From: Acanthaster planci
Lineage: Eukaryota
Direction of reading: 5' to 3'
Assembly: GCF_001949145.1 (NCBI RefSeq)
Contig: NW_019091356.1
Span: 1,054,789-1,118,788, forward strand
DNA: 64,000 bases
In this document: one piece after another, positions 45,295 through 64,000 of the stretch
Layout: each line of letters starts with the position of its first letter
How positions within the stretch are numbered: the first letter of the stretch is position 1
Position numbers and translations under genes: made by a program
The notes under the pieces: generated by a model
The model's database searches: none
Seen by the model: only the letters and a program-made list of their open reading frames with translations
Told to the model about the DNA's origin: nothing

Positions 45295-45543
45295 GGGTCA
45301 TTCCAGAAATGAGGGGTCCATTTTTTCTGTGTCCCTGTCACATTTGACATATGATATTGTAAGTTCAGAACACATTTTCTAATTTCCAAGAGGGATGAAT
45401 AATGCAAATTACCTGCCAAACAAATAGTAATAGTTTGAAATAAATTATGGTGATATTTTCATGTCAAATAATAAAGGTCAGATGTAACAGGGACCCGTAC
45501 ACCGATATGTCACACTTTTGGACCCCTAGTTTTTGAAATTACC
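45295..45543. mobile_element. MITE-like element, copy 1
   Basis: Inverted ends: gggtcattcc...ggggtcca...gtccctgtcacatttgac and gtcagatgtaacagggac...tggacccc...aattacc. The core tgtaagttcagaacacattttctaatttccaagag...aatgcaaattacctgccaaacaaa is shared with the copy at about 54435. Confidence 0.75.
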
Positions 45544-48246
45544 TGTGTTACTTTGATTGAATTGGCAATTATATGCCAGTGCCGATGGTGAGCTGTAGAC
45601 CAATTGTGCATGACTTTTCACTTTCCACGTACATCATGAGACGTGCATACCTCTGTGAATATTCTTGTGCTTCGTTGATGATAGAGACATAAAGCAAGAA
45701 TGATACATGTACCGGGTACGTACCGGTATTTGTACATGTACATGTGTATACAAGTATGTACATGATTTTCCTCGGCAACCCGTGCACAACCTGTGTACTT
45801 GGCAAAAGCAACCCAGCAGTCGGCAGATGGTTGTCTCTGGAACTGGTCCATTACAGTAGGGCAGCCTGACGTTTAGCATGGTTAAAGTTTTGAGTCTGTC
45901 TCTCTCAGTATCAAGCCATACTCTGCACCCTGACTCATGCCGTTCAAGTCGGACCTTCACCATTCACAGATGTCGAGTTCGCTTTACAAGTCACAAGAAA
46001 TTTAGTCAACAGTTGATTAGATTTCAAATTTTCAACTTTAGCATTCCGTTCCTAGACATCAGTTTCCAGGGGGTGATTTTTTGGGGGGCTGTTTTAATTG
46101 CCAGCGCGCAATCAGGACCCATGTACATGTACACGACCTCTGGGCGTAAAAGTCGGCCAGAAATAGAAACGTCGCTAGCTTTCTGCATGCTGGTATTTAT
46201 GGCAACCAGCCCGGTTGACCTAGCTACAAGATGTCTCAATCTGATTGGACGGCATGAGCCCACAATGTATCTTCAATACTGAAGAAAAGGGAACTACCAT
46301 ACACTGTACATGTATAATAAGCCGTAAGGGATCCCCTGGAAAAATATTGTTTGCCTCCGAATGCAGGCATTAACGTGCATACTTACTGATACTGTTATCA
46401 TTGTGGCATAAAAGTGGATCCCCAGGACATGATGAATGTGCTGTTTCAATGAATCTGCACCAAGTAATTTTGAGAACTAAGGAGACATTAAGACATCTCA
46501 GCCAAATGTCGTTTTATTTTTGTTCACAGAGTCATACCTGTACATGTTGAGTTCTCTGGAACGGTGGTTTACGAAGAATTTCATCTGGGATAAAGCTGCT
46601 TGAAGTTTCCATATCCAAATATTCTTGATTTTCTTGTTTTATTTATTCTGGACATGGAGTAAGGCTTCATTCAACAGTACCGGTATCAGCGGCATAATGG
46701 CATTGCACAATGAATGCATCAATGTCTGTTCACTACACATGAACATGTACTAGAGTACCTGTGCATGTGTGTGTTGTGTGTACAGGCACATGTACCTGAT
46801 TGTACTGTATACATGTTGAAAATGTCATTGGTGTGTTCAGCGACCTGGGCTGACCCCATCTCTTGGAATTGGAGGTCTTGGTAGTGATAGGCTGCCATCA
46901 GTATCCATTACAAAGGAGTGTGACCCTCTAGATCAAATGCTGAAGAAGCAGATTAACATTTGACATGCTGGTGCTGTTATGGATTTTCATACACCTTACC
47001 ATCGTGTACATGTACTATGTGCTTTCTAGGTGCTGTGTCCTGGGCCATCAAGCTAATCACAGGGAGCATAAATTTTCTGATCACAAATGCATACAGTATA
47101 GGACACCAACGGAAGAAGAAGTCACTTAATGTGTGTTTATACCGATTGTTACCAGCACAGTTCCAACACTAAGCAATGTTGTATTCTGTGTAGTAGGCCC
47201 CTGTGATCGTCTGGATGTATCACTTAAACATGACCGTACTGGTACCTCTTGCTGCAACCATAGAGGAAGGAAATGTTGGAGGATTGAGGCCTGTTCGGGT
47301 CAAGCATTCTTCTCCAGTACAGCTGCTTAAATGATCAGCTTGATACGTAAGGCTGAACTCCATTCGTGTGAGTTGCAGCTTGTACACATCAACAGAAATA
47401 GGACACAATTTATATCAGTATTTTTCTCATACTTCAGGTTGTTTCACCAAATTATTGCTATTATTATTATTATTTATGGTTTATTATGTTTGTAGCAGAC
47501 AGCCCAAGGGCTGACAGTGTACAATTACAAGATAAAACTGAATTAAAAGAAAAGACTAATGAATATTATATTAATGTTACTTGAACTATAGGCCTATACA
47601 GTAAAACTCAACACATACATGTATAAAAACTTTCACAGACACATAACATAAAATATGAATGTACAATCAAACAACCAGCCAACAAGAATTTTAAAAACAT
47701 TTAACATGAAAAAACAAAATATAAGATCACAAAGACATCTACATACAATGATACATGTTTGTAGAAAAAATGTGGCAAAACAAGTTGAATGATTGCAAAT
47801 AGGGGTACCAAACCACAGAACAAGGTCAATCCAATCTCCTATGCCATTAGTTTTATCTGAAAAGCATAGGCTGGTGTCAAGGTCCTAAACATGTAAAGTG
47901 CTTGTTTTCCAACTCACTTTTTACCAGCTTCAAGTACATGTACATGTATGGGCAAGACTGCTTTGTAAAAAGTAAAGTACGTATATTCGTTATGCACATG
48001 TGACTGTCAAAGACTTTTGATTTGTAACAAAGGTCAGCATGTGTCGCATCTGCTTTGATACCCCTCTGAATCTCACAGTTAGCTTTGTGAAGTCAGCTCT
48101 TTGTACAGCCCAGTGGAACACCTGCGTGTGGTTGTGACGGAAAAAACTTGTTCTGCAAATAACTGAAAAACTGAATCAAACCACAATAATAGCAGAAAAT
48201 GTCTAGACTCTGACATAGTGTTATCAGCTAGCGTTGGGGAACTCAA

Positions 48247-49018
48247 TCACCACGTTTACACTTGATCCTACAAAAAAGGATTGGATCGGAAAGAGCAATC
48301 AAGCGAGGGGAACAGATCCATGCTACGTTTACACTGGATCCTGATCCCGCTTGGCATCGATGAAGCTCTGCAACCTCAGGGCAAAGGTTATGGGAACAGT
48401 TCACTGATTATGCGCACTGGAGCAAAACCCATTTATACCCTGCTTTTTTGAGATGGGGATTGACCTTAGAAGTAAACATGTCAGATAAGCCAAATGAAAC
48501 CTTAAACATTGAAAAATGGGAAAGTGGAAGGTTTTGGAGGAGCGATATGCAGCGGTAATGAAATAAAAGTCAGAAAGGCCACGCAGAAAGAGAATGGGAA
48601 TGGGCAAGACCAGTTTACTACCAACTCACAGTACAAAGCACACAGGCTTAATTGGGAACCAGCGTAATGCTGGTTACGTACACGGCGTCTGGGCCAACAG
48701 CGTATGTATGGTATGTGTACAATGTCATGTACGTAAACATGACATGTAGGTCTTCACAGCGACACAAACATGTTTTTTACGCGCGCTTCAAGACTTAGAC
48801 CGGATGCAGTTACATCAACTTCCAGGATCTTATCCGGATCTGATCCGGCTTTGCGTTTACACTTGCAAATTGATCCCTCGCGCAGGATCTGAACTGGATC
48901 TGATCCTTCCCGAGAGGAGGATCAGATCTCGGGATCAGGATTGGATCCTGCATTGCGTTTACGCACGTTTTTGATCCGGATCTGATCTTCCTTGCCGAAT
49001 CAAGTGTAAATGCAGTGA
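48247..49018. mobile_element. Non-autonomous DNA transposon, PIF/Harbinger-like
   Basis: Approximately 20-bp TIRs, tcaccacgtttacacttgat and atcaagtgtaaatgcagtga (3 mismatches), with repeated subterminal cgtttacac and ggatc/gatcc motifs. The superfamily assignment is an inference. Confidence 0.6.
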
Positions 49019-51914
49019 CTTTGTTAAAATCATGTTCAGGGCAAGTGGAGGCAAAATGCATGTACAGTAGATGTACATGTACTTGTATTAGATTTCATGT
49101 CTGATGTCTGAATGCTGCTCTTTCTTTAAAAGAAATTATGAAGAGCTTCTTTCGATAAACCTCTCAACCATCATTGAGTTGATCTCTGGCGTTAAGTCTC
49201 TGTCACATCGCACTTACCAAACTATACTCTCTGGTAAGACTTAAGCAGTCAGAAAGGTTAACCTCATTGATTGGTGTACACACCTTCCTGTGATGTCGTC
49301 AGGGGAAAAACGTCAATGTTACATCGGTTTGTGAACAAAAAAATCCTGCATATTTTAAAAGTTGTTCTGGCCTAAATTTCCTCGTCTTTGATGACTAATT
49401 GTTGTGTAAGCATAAATCAAGAAGCAAGCAATCAATCGTTCATAAGTGTTTGCAGTGTGTTTATTCAGGGTTGACAATTTGAGGAGAAAACCTACGCATT
49501 AAACTTTGTCTTCCCTAGATGACATCGCAGCAGCAGTGCCCAGTTGTCCAAGAGAGTGTTGGATTTAACCAAGACGAACTCAAACATAGCACAGTGTTAA
49601 AGAAAAACTGTGTCTGAGAAAATTCTTTGCAGGTATACTTTAATGCAGGTTGTTTATATATGTAAGGCTAGGCTTCATCTACCCTTTGCCACATACACGT
49701 ATTTGTCGGTCTAGCATGGCTGCACACAATGACAGAGCTCTTCATTCACTTTAGAATTTTAATTAAATGTGGGTGTGTGTCTCATACATTTGTGGGATTA
49801 TATTTCCACTTGTTGTTCCATATCCCCGGATCTACTGATACTGTTGAGTATCTACTGTCTTGTCTTTCATGCAAAAACACTGTAAAGTTATTGTATGCAG
49901 TTTTCAATTAAAGAAACTTCATTCTTCTAAAACTATTATAAATTCATCATATTTGAATTTGGCATACTGTGAGAAGGAACATGTTTTGAACATGCAACTT
50001 TGTGAATTCATTGCATACATGGAGTTCATTTTTAAAAACGTCAGGTAAAATTGTGAAATTTCCCGTTCACAACTGTGATTAGGACTACGGTGTGTGCATA
50101 TTACGTCCTCTGCTTTAAGTCCGATCTCCTTTGTTGGCTTTGCTGTTTTTTTTTTGGGCAAGAAAACTGTTTGGGTTCCTTGAAGGAAATCTGCAAGGGT
50201 CACCAGACGAGAGGTGTCGGGCTATGCTGTTATGACTAACGGCACTTGACTGTCTAGACAATAGGCATGAATGAGGGCTAAGTCATCTGATCAGCAAGCC
50301 TTGACCTTATTTCATTGTCCTTCCCATGGAAAATTCACTTTTTTTCCCCCCGAGACACGGAAGCTAGACAAGCAGGTTTTTCAGACTTAACCTATAAGCG
50401 TACGCTCATGTACACTGTTGGACAGCGTACTGTATATATGCCCATATTTTGGATCAGCGCTTTTGCCTGTGTCATGTACACAACCTTTTAGGATGAAACT
50501 GTGAATGCGAGTCAAGTGACCACTTTCTTGGAGATCAGTAAATGTTGATTGATTCAGATGTTCACAAACGGTATGTTTTGGCAGCACCCATAATTAGGCT
50601 TAGTTGTACATGTATATTGTTGGGCAGGATTCAGAAGTTTTAAATGTGCATTTGACTGAGTGTGGGTGCATGGGAAAACTGCATTCAAATATGATCAAGA
50701 GTTATGCGCGAGTATTACATTATCCAAGGAAAAAAAAACGAAGGTTTTCAATTATACTGGTTTGATATTTTGATGAACAAAATTTGTGATTGATCATGTG
50801 TGTGTTTGTGCCTGACCAGAGTTGTGCATTTTGCTAAAAGTTACCACAAAAATACTTGAGTGGGCATACGCATAAACTCTATTTATTGGTCCTTACAACT
50901 TAGAAGTTAAGCTTTGTTGGCATCTCACAGATGTGATGTTGACTCATGTTGCAAACATGATCCATGCAAGAGTGTCCAAACCAGCTGCTGGTAACTTGAC
51001 AAGGCCATATCAAACCCCCTTCTGCATACTTTGATACTCTTGTGTACTGGTAATCATGTTGATTGCAAAGTGGTATACGGGATGGTATGGGATCACAGTC
51101 CGGCCGCTTTGAAACTTGAGTGCAGGTGCATGGACAGGATGGTTGGGTTTGTTTGATGAGCAGGCCAGACCATCAGAATTAATTTGCCATGAATGACCCG
51201 CATGTATCAGAAACAAAATGCAGCTGTAAACAAAACTTGGGTGGGCTACTTTATCAGGCTGCTTTTATGCATGAAAATCTACTAGTCCTGCCACTTATGA
51301 GGGGCTTTACGTCATGCAAAAATGGAAGGTCTGTTTGAGCGTGGAGGCTTGTGTCCTTCCTCCATGGTTTGAGAGGTGCATTTGCGGAAGTTTGAATGGA
51401 CATTAGATACAGAGACGTGTATGGTAGTGGCTCATTTTCCATGAATCTTTAGATTCTAGATGCAAGAACCCGGTTCAAGTTGGAAAACTACAAACCAGTC
51501 TGTCTTTCTTTCATCAGTGAGGGCATTCTTCAACTCAGGGCGGATAGTTCCGCAGCATCATGACTTCTGTCTCAATTTAACCATCACCTGTCTCAAACAT
51601 TTTAACATGTAGGCACTGTAAATGGGTGACAGTTACATGTCTAGATTGGTCTGTGTTTTTGGTAATTTTGTTTGCCCACACACTGATGATGTGTATTCAT
51701 AACACTGTATACTCAGTGTTTGTCCGAGAGCTTGCGATGAAAATCACAAGCTTTCTATGGTCTGTGTCATTTGAAAAATATGCATGCCAAGCTGTGACCA
51801 GGTGGGTTATCGTACCCTTTCCTTTGTCTTTCATTTCAGGCGTTACACGTTTGATGCTTTCTTTCAACTCCAATTTTTCTTTTTCTTTTCCCCCCTTCCC
51901 CGGTCACCTGACAG

Positions 51915-57824
<5,910 letters not shown>

Positions 57825-60800
57825 TAGAACACCTCGACAACTTCCTCCTGGTGATTGGAACTCAATCTGCACTGTGTCAGTACTTCTGTGGTGATGATAA
57901 CTGCTGTAGTTTATATGTGTCAGTCTGACGATGGCATCAGAGTTACAAGGTATTTCAGACAGCTACATATACGTGGCTTATGAGACCCTATTCTTAAAGT
58001 AATCTAAATGGTATTCTTTTTCTAAAACATAGAACCGCTGTGAAATTACAGGCTTTTTTCCAGGAGCATTCAAATTTCAGAGTCTTATTTTGGCGACCTT
58101 CCAATGTGTGGTTGGGGGCCACATTTGGTCTTCTGTACGGGCGAGGTTGAAGTGGCATTGTGTCTGGAAACTGTTATCTGAGTCTTGACCTTTGACCTTG
58201 ACGGGATTTGGACTTCACCTTTTTGGACTTTCACCGTGAAATGTGATTTCACGTCTTCTAGAGTCATAGTCTGCCAGGAGGTTTTGTAAGATTGTGTAGG
58301 ATTAAGGAAGTCCAGCTCAGACATAGGTTTTTCTCATGCACCTGTGGCTTGAGATATAAGGCCTCAGATTCTTGAGCATTGCGGGGTTTTGGAGGATTTG
58401 GGACATTTCAAGTCAAAAGTGCCCTGGAAGTTACGGCTGACTTTTAGATAGCTTTTCAGAGATGATCAAGAATTTCTACTCATATGGTATTTCAATGACG
58501 AGCGCTGCCGAGGAGAGATAAAATCATTTTGACACCTTTGTTGGAGCACTAGTTGTGTCTTTAATTTGATTAAGTGTCTCACACATTCGACGGCACGACT
58601 GATACGCTTGCAGCAGTTTGTTTGCAGTAACAGTCCTCAGTCCCAGATGTGAACCGTCACCAGCTTTACGAGCGTTTCCCCTAGGTGAATTTCCGCATTG
58701 CAACACGAAGCCGCCCTCCTTGATGCACAGCACAGGCTGTTAAAGGTGCGATCTCAGACAAGTCTGGAACAGGTTGCCAAAATTGTCTTCCCCCAAACCT
58801 GTTTGTAATGTGAAGTTGAGGAAACCCAGTTTCAGACAATGGTTATATTTTATCGCAGGTCGTGTAGGTTGGAAGTAGCCTCATTATAAAGGTCGGTGCA
58901 GTGCAATCATTTTACTACAGCCCTCGTAACTGCACCATTATGTTTCAGTTAACCTTCTTTACAATTTTTCCTTTGCTATTTTAATTTGTATTTTGGAGCT
59001 TTTATTGGTTTTTATACTGAAGCAGATATCTGTTTTCTTGAACAAATCTGTGATGTCATCCCCGGTATCAAACCTCAATGTCGCATTGATTTTGGGAAAA
59101 AACGAAACAAAACTGCTGGACTGTTTTATATTTTGCAGTCGTAAATTTCCAAAGTATACTTTTCAGTGCCCTTAAACACAAGTCCATTCAAACAGTTCAT
59201 GCATTGAAGAAACAGATAAAGAGGCACACAGAAAGCGGCAAACATCCTCCATCTTAACCGCCTCCAAATCCCCTCAAATCCATCACCTGGTTGGGCAATA
59301 TTTCAACAGAATTTGTGACTTTAAGAGCCCAGTCAGTTTCTTGATGCGGTGTCATGATGTCTCAAATGTGAAGAAAAGTCAAGTGCCGGCTACAGAACAG
59401 CGTGTCTTGAGGGATTTGGAAAGCAGAAATGTTTGAAAAAGAGTCAAGAAATTGGGAAACTCTTGTCCTTGAACCAGACTAAGAAGATTCGGACACTGGA
59501 AGTCAAAACTTTTTGTGAGAACTTGGTACCCCCCCTTCCACTCCCTAATGATCACATGTTATGTGCTGAGTTGCCTATCCTCATGATTGGAGAAGGATGT
59601 CTTGCGTTCATTCATCTAAGACAAGATCCCTTTCACAGGAGCAACGACATCCGGAGACAGACTGAGAGTCTTGATCAGCAGTTCCTTGTCTTCAGGATGC
59701 CCTCTGGGAATTGGGGAGACATTCTGACTTCCCGTCTTGTTGTTACCATGACAATTAGTCAATATTTTCCCCCCTTTTTCGCCGGGGTGCCCCTGTTTGT
59801 TAAGGTTTGTTTTTTGGTTTTTTAAATCAGCAAGAACAGCAAAACTAAGAAATTCTAATTTATTTTGTGGCCATCTGTTCGACTGTAGTGTTGACAGTAT
59901 TTACTGAAAATCCAACGTAGGTGAACCAACTTTATAATTTTCTTTTTGTTTAATGTATGTTTATTTTTACTCTGTTGTTTATAATTATAAACCTACATGT
60001 CAGTGCCACTAGGCTGGGTGTATTGTTGGAAGAGTCACCAACGGACGAGCATGTGTTGCTGGATTACATAGTCGGCACATAATTTATTTAACTTGCAGCA
60101 TGCTGTTGGCCAAAACGTCAACATGATATAAAAACACGCCCAAAACAAAAACAAACTCTCTTGACGGGAAGCCATGCTCAGCGCCCGTTTACTGCCTGTA
60201 CATGCTCATGTAGAGGTATGATTGCCCATGTCCATTTTTTTTCAGCTTCCAACATTAATGGATGAGAGACTCTTCTGATAGATACTTGTCCTTGTGTAGC
60301 TCAAGTTTGTTCCTGGAAGACATGCAGCCACATGCAAGTCTCCAATCTTGGAATTCCCCCGAGGCCATCCAATCAGGCTCTGATTATTATGTGAATCCTG
60401 GTTTCGGGTAATTTGTCATTTCCCTGTCGTCTTCCTCGTTGGAAAGGAAAAAAAAGGAAAGAATGGAGTTGTCACCACATGTATATTGATTGAACAGAAA
60501 ATCCAAATGCTGCTCAATGAGTAAATAAATAAAAACACCACAAAGAAACCACATCTTCATTGTGAACGGTACGTGTATCTTACTAGAAAAAAGTTTTACT
60601 TCAAGAAGATAAAATTTCCCTTCAGGAAGGGATTAAAGCTTCTAGCTCCGTTTATTTTGGACATTCCAGTCAGTTATTAGATCGTGGCAGCCTTTCTGTT
60701 ATTGATTTTGGAAAATTATACATTTGCTGTCAGATGGAGAGAAGGTCACCCCTTTTGTCCATAATCGTACTTGAGTGCTGAGGCATTTACTTCTTTCCGT

Positions 60801-63800
60801 CACATTAAATTGGATATCCTGTTCTACTTAGCGGTGCCTGGTTATGTTTTGTGTTGTGTCTGGTGTATGGGTCAAGCAGTATGTTTAGAAAGTTCAGCCC
60901 CTAGTTTTCCCCACAATTCTGTCGACTTTGTAAGGAGAATTAGATGGCTACAGTTCTCTGATATTTTCGCTCCTGTTTGGAAGAGTTCATTATATTTTAC
61001 GGCAGCTGTAAACTGTTATGGATATGAAGTGATTTGTCAAAAAGTACATGTACATATACATGTAACTGACAGTCAGTTTCCTGAACGATTTGAAGACCAA
61101 CGAACATCCTCTGATTCCCAGTATCTTGGGGGGAGGGGACCTGTAGGACATTTTGTTTTTGTGTTTGGACAGGAGTGCATGACGGTTTGTTGGTTGGTTT
61201 GAGGTATTTCCTTCTGTGCTAGCAGCACCACGGCCAGGCATTTTTCGAGCTCAGTATGTCATACGCAGACTCCGGATATGCTGCATAGACTCTTCCATCG
61301 GATGCAGTAATTGGATACTTTGAAGTTAAAAGTACGTGACCCGTGCAGCCGCGCCACACTGCACCACACTGCGCAGTGATCAATTATCACCCTGTGTGTT
61401 CCGTTTCCTCCAAGCCACGGTTGCAGTCACATCATTGGAGACATGGGTAGAGAAGCTAGGGCATGCTCAGTTATCATAGGGATCTGCATGATTTACACTG
61501 TCCAGGATTCAACACTTTCCTTTGCCTGCTAGAAGACAACATGTATGTCCACTTTGTCTGATTAAGTTGGATGAGAACTTGCGGCCCCCAAACTACCAAA
61601 GCCCCAATTCTGCCCTTCAAGCTGTGCTGTAATTAAGCCAACAAAACCGTCTTTCATTCAGTGCTTTCTTTACAGAGTGATAATTAGCCGTGTCTGAAAG
61701 GTATGGCTATGGCTGGTGATAATACATACATGTACATACCTTTAATAGGAAGCCGCTGGCTAACTTCTAATGCCACTTCCCAAGGACAAATGTTTATCTC
61801 CATACCAAAGCCAGTCACAAGGATCCTGTTTCATAGATATGCTAAGCAAATGATGTTGCACTGCATGACCCTCTATCTTCTACAGCATTCCATTCGTAGA
61901 AAGGGCATTGCTAACGAATGGAGTAGGCGCCCCAGTTGGTTCATGCACTGATTTTGTGCTGTCTTTGACACACTAATGGTGCATGTGACTTGTGCACTCT
62001 GGTACTCTACGAGAGAGAGAATAAATATGTGCTTAAGCAGTCTTAAAAGGTGTCTTTTCTTTAAGACGGGCTTAGGAGAATGAACGCTGATAATGCCCCA
62101 ACTGAAGGCAAGGGACATTACCAAAATCTGTTCCCCTGAGCTGGTCTTAACCACATATCATTTCCATTCAACTACATTCATAAGTCAAAATAAGTTTACA
62201 AATTATGAATTTCCAACGCTGTTGTTTACTTGTTTGTTTTTTTAACTCACCTTTAGCCATGTTATGGTATGTCTCTCTCATGAGTTGTCACAAACAGTCT
62301 CCTTATATGGAGATTGGGGCACATGTTGTATGTATTACATGAGATTGGCACACAGCCAGCCAATGCTTCATGAGCCCTGTAAGACCGGCTGTGTGATGGG
62401 CTTGTGACCATTAGGAAAGGCTTAACTGTCTTGGGTATTTATGAATCAGATACATCATTTCAGCTTCATGAGTATCTCTTCATGCTGATTCCAGTAGATT
62501 AATCCAGGCTGTTGAAAGTTCAACTATTGCAGATAGTGTTTATGAAGTCATTGAACAGCCAGAACTTTAGGATGTCTGTAACTCTGGGATGTTAGTTAAT
62601 GACAAGCCATGTTTCACCAATATTAAGAGTTACACTTAATCATACATTTCCCTAGCATTTTCTGGAAAGACTAATTTACGGTCTTAGCATTTTCCGGACG
62701 TTCGCATCGAATTTTAACTTGATTTCCGCATGTCAGGCCTTATTCACGCTGTTGATACATGACAACATGCATGTTTATCAACACAAACATTACTGAAGTT
62801 TACAGCCTGGCTGATGGCTCTGTTTCGTCCATTTACAACAAGCAGAATTGCATGCAGTTTTGCCTCTTTATGGCGCAAAGTTGTTGTAAGAACTGTGTCT
62901 GTTTCAATCACATAAACTGTTCCACGTAACAATTTTTCTGGAACTCTGTACTCTTCTCCAATGCATGAAAACTTGTTTACATCCCTAGTCAGTTAAATCA
63001 TAGTGCAAGCTTATCTGAACAACTCAGGGCGCTGTTGCTGTGATGTCATCTAGGGAAGATACATTTCAGTGCATAGGCTTTTCTGTTCAAACTGTGAGCC
63101 CAGAATTTAATTACTGAAGACATATCCGACAAAGGAATTGATGCTTGCTTGTTGCTATGCACGTAGACAACGAATCGGCAAGGAAGAGAAAATCTAGTCC
63201 AGCAAATGGACAAAAATGCAAAACTTTTTGTACACAAACCAATGTAACATTGAGGTTTCTTCCTGAGATGACATCACAGTTTTGCTCATGGAAATATCCA
63301 TGAAAATGAAAATCAAAAAGGCAGTAAAATACCCTTTCAAAAAGCGTGGAAAAAAAGTCAAAAAGAGGTTAGCCGAGACACAAAGGTGCATTTTGAAGTT
63401 TTATAACAATTACCCTTTAAGAGCTTGTCGTTATACGGTGTATTCTCAAAGATTTCAAATAAGTTTCTTGGACAATGCCAGGTATAAACCTTGTGCTAGG
63501 CTGACCACTTGATATCACCTCAAGGAATCTGATTTTATGCCTGCCATCAGGAGGATCATGACTTGAATGAATGGGGCTGCTGATGAACCATTGCCGGACC
63601 AAGACAGAATTTCTTGGTTGACCATGACTGGACTAGGTCTAGTCAGTTGTTCGGAACCAACTCGGACCTGATGTTATCACTTGTGTTCGGTGTTTCAAAT
63701 TGCATAATGCTTTATATAGCGGGGAGCCAGGAGAGTAAGGTTTTCTGATGACAAAACTGAAGCTTTGAGGTTTATGTATGCCCGTGGTACGGTAAATTTG

Positions 63801-64000
63801 CATCTTTCTGGATCTGCAGTTGGTTCATCTGTCTTGGTCATAATTGTCATAACTCACAACCCAATGTGACAAAAACAAAGAAGAAAGTCAGTAAAACCGT
63901 TCAAATTTGATTTAAACATCCATGGCTTTGTGTAATAGATGCCTGTGGTTATGTCACGTGTACAAGTGTGGTAATTAATTTATGCTTTGTTTCAACCTGT

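Noticed and set aside
59696..59727. Possible terminal exon of the duplicate (cttgtcttcag|GA TGC CCT CTG GGA ATT..., GCPLGIGETF*), faintly resembling GCNLKIF
   Set aside because: Only 4 of 6 residues match, it stops after 10 codons, and it has no KGWG or SSxS. The strong constraint on upstream MH2 exons argues that the real last exon lies beyond 64000. It could be tested with junction reads from 57783.
63288..63512. Lysine-rich ORF MEISMKMKIKKAVKYPFKKRGKK...
   Set aside because: A-rich low-complexity sequence with no recognisable family or convincing splice context.

Overview
Intron-containing animal (bilaterian invertebrate-like) genomic scaffold with four N-gaps. It holds a compact TGF-beta/Smad locus. 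From left to right: the 5' part of an inhibitory Smad6/7 gene (minus strand; its MH2 lies off the left edge), TFIIA-gamma (GTF2A2, plus, 3 exons, 106 aa), SNAPC5 (minus, 3 exons, 139 aa) and a complete Smad2/3 gene (plus, 8 coding exons, 416 aa, C-terminal SSMS). The most notable element is a second, tandem Smad2/3-derived exon set at 51915-57783, which probably continues off the right edge. Its MH2 exons look strongly constrained: one exon has 26 synonymous versus 3 amino-acid-changing codon differences against the first gene. It has no recognisable MH1 DNA-binding exons, and its linker TP/PPGY degron is destroyed. A candidate short first exon carries a KKRK motif, and three perfect GTCTAGAC Smad-binding palindromes lie upstream, the same element found at the Smad6/7 promoter. 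This suggests either a Smad-inducible, MH1-less, degron-less R-Smad or an alternative linker+MH2 cassette of the upstream gene. The rest is introns and intergenic DNA with a LINE remnant, MITE-like elements and a tRNA-derived repeat. All gene models were built by eye from GT-AG sites and remembered family motifs; no searches were run.
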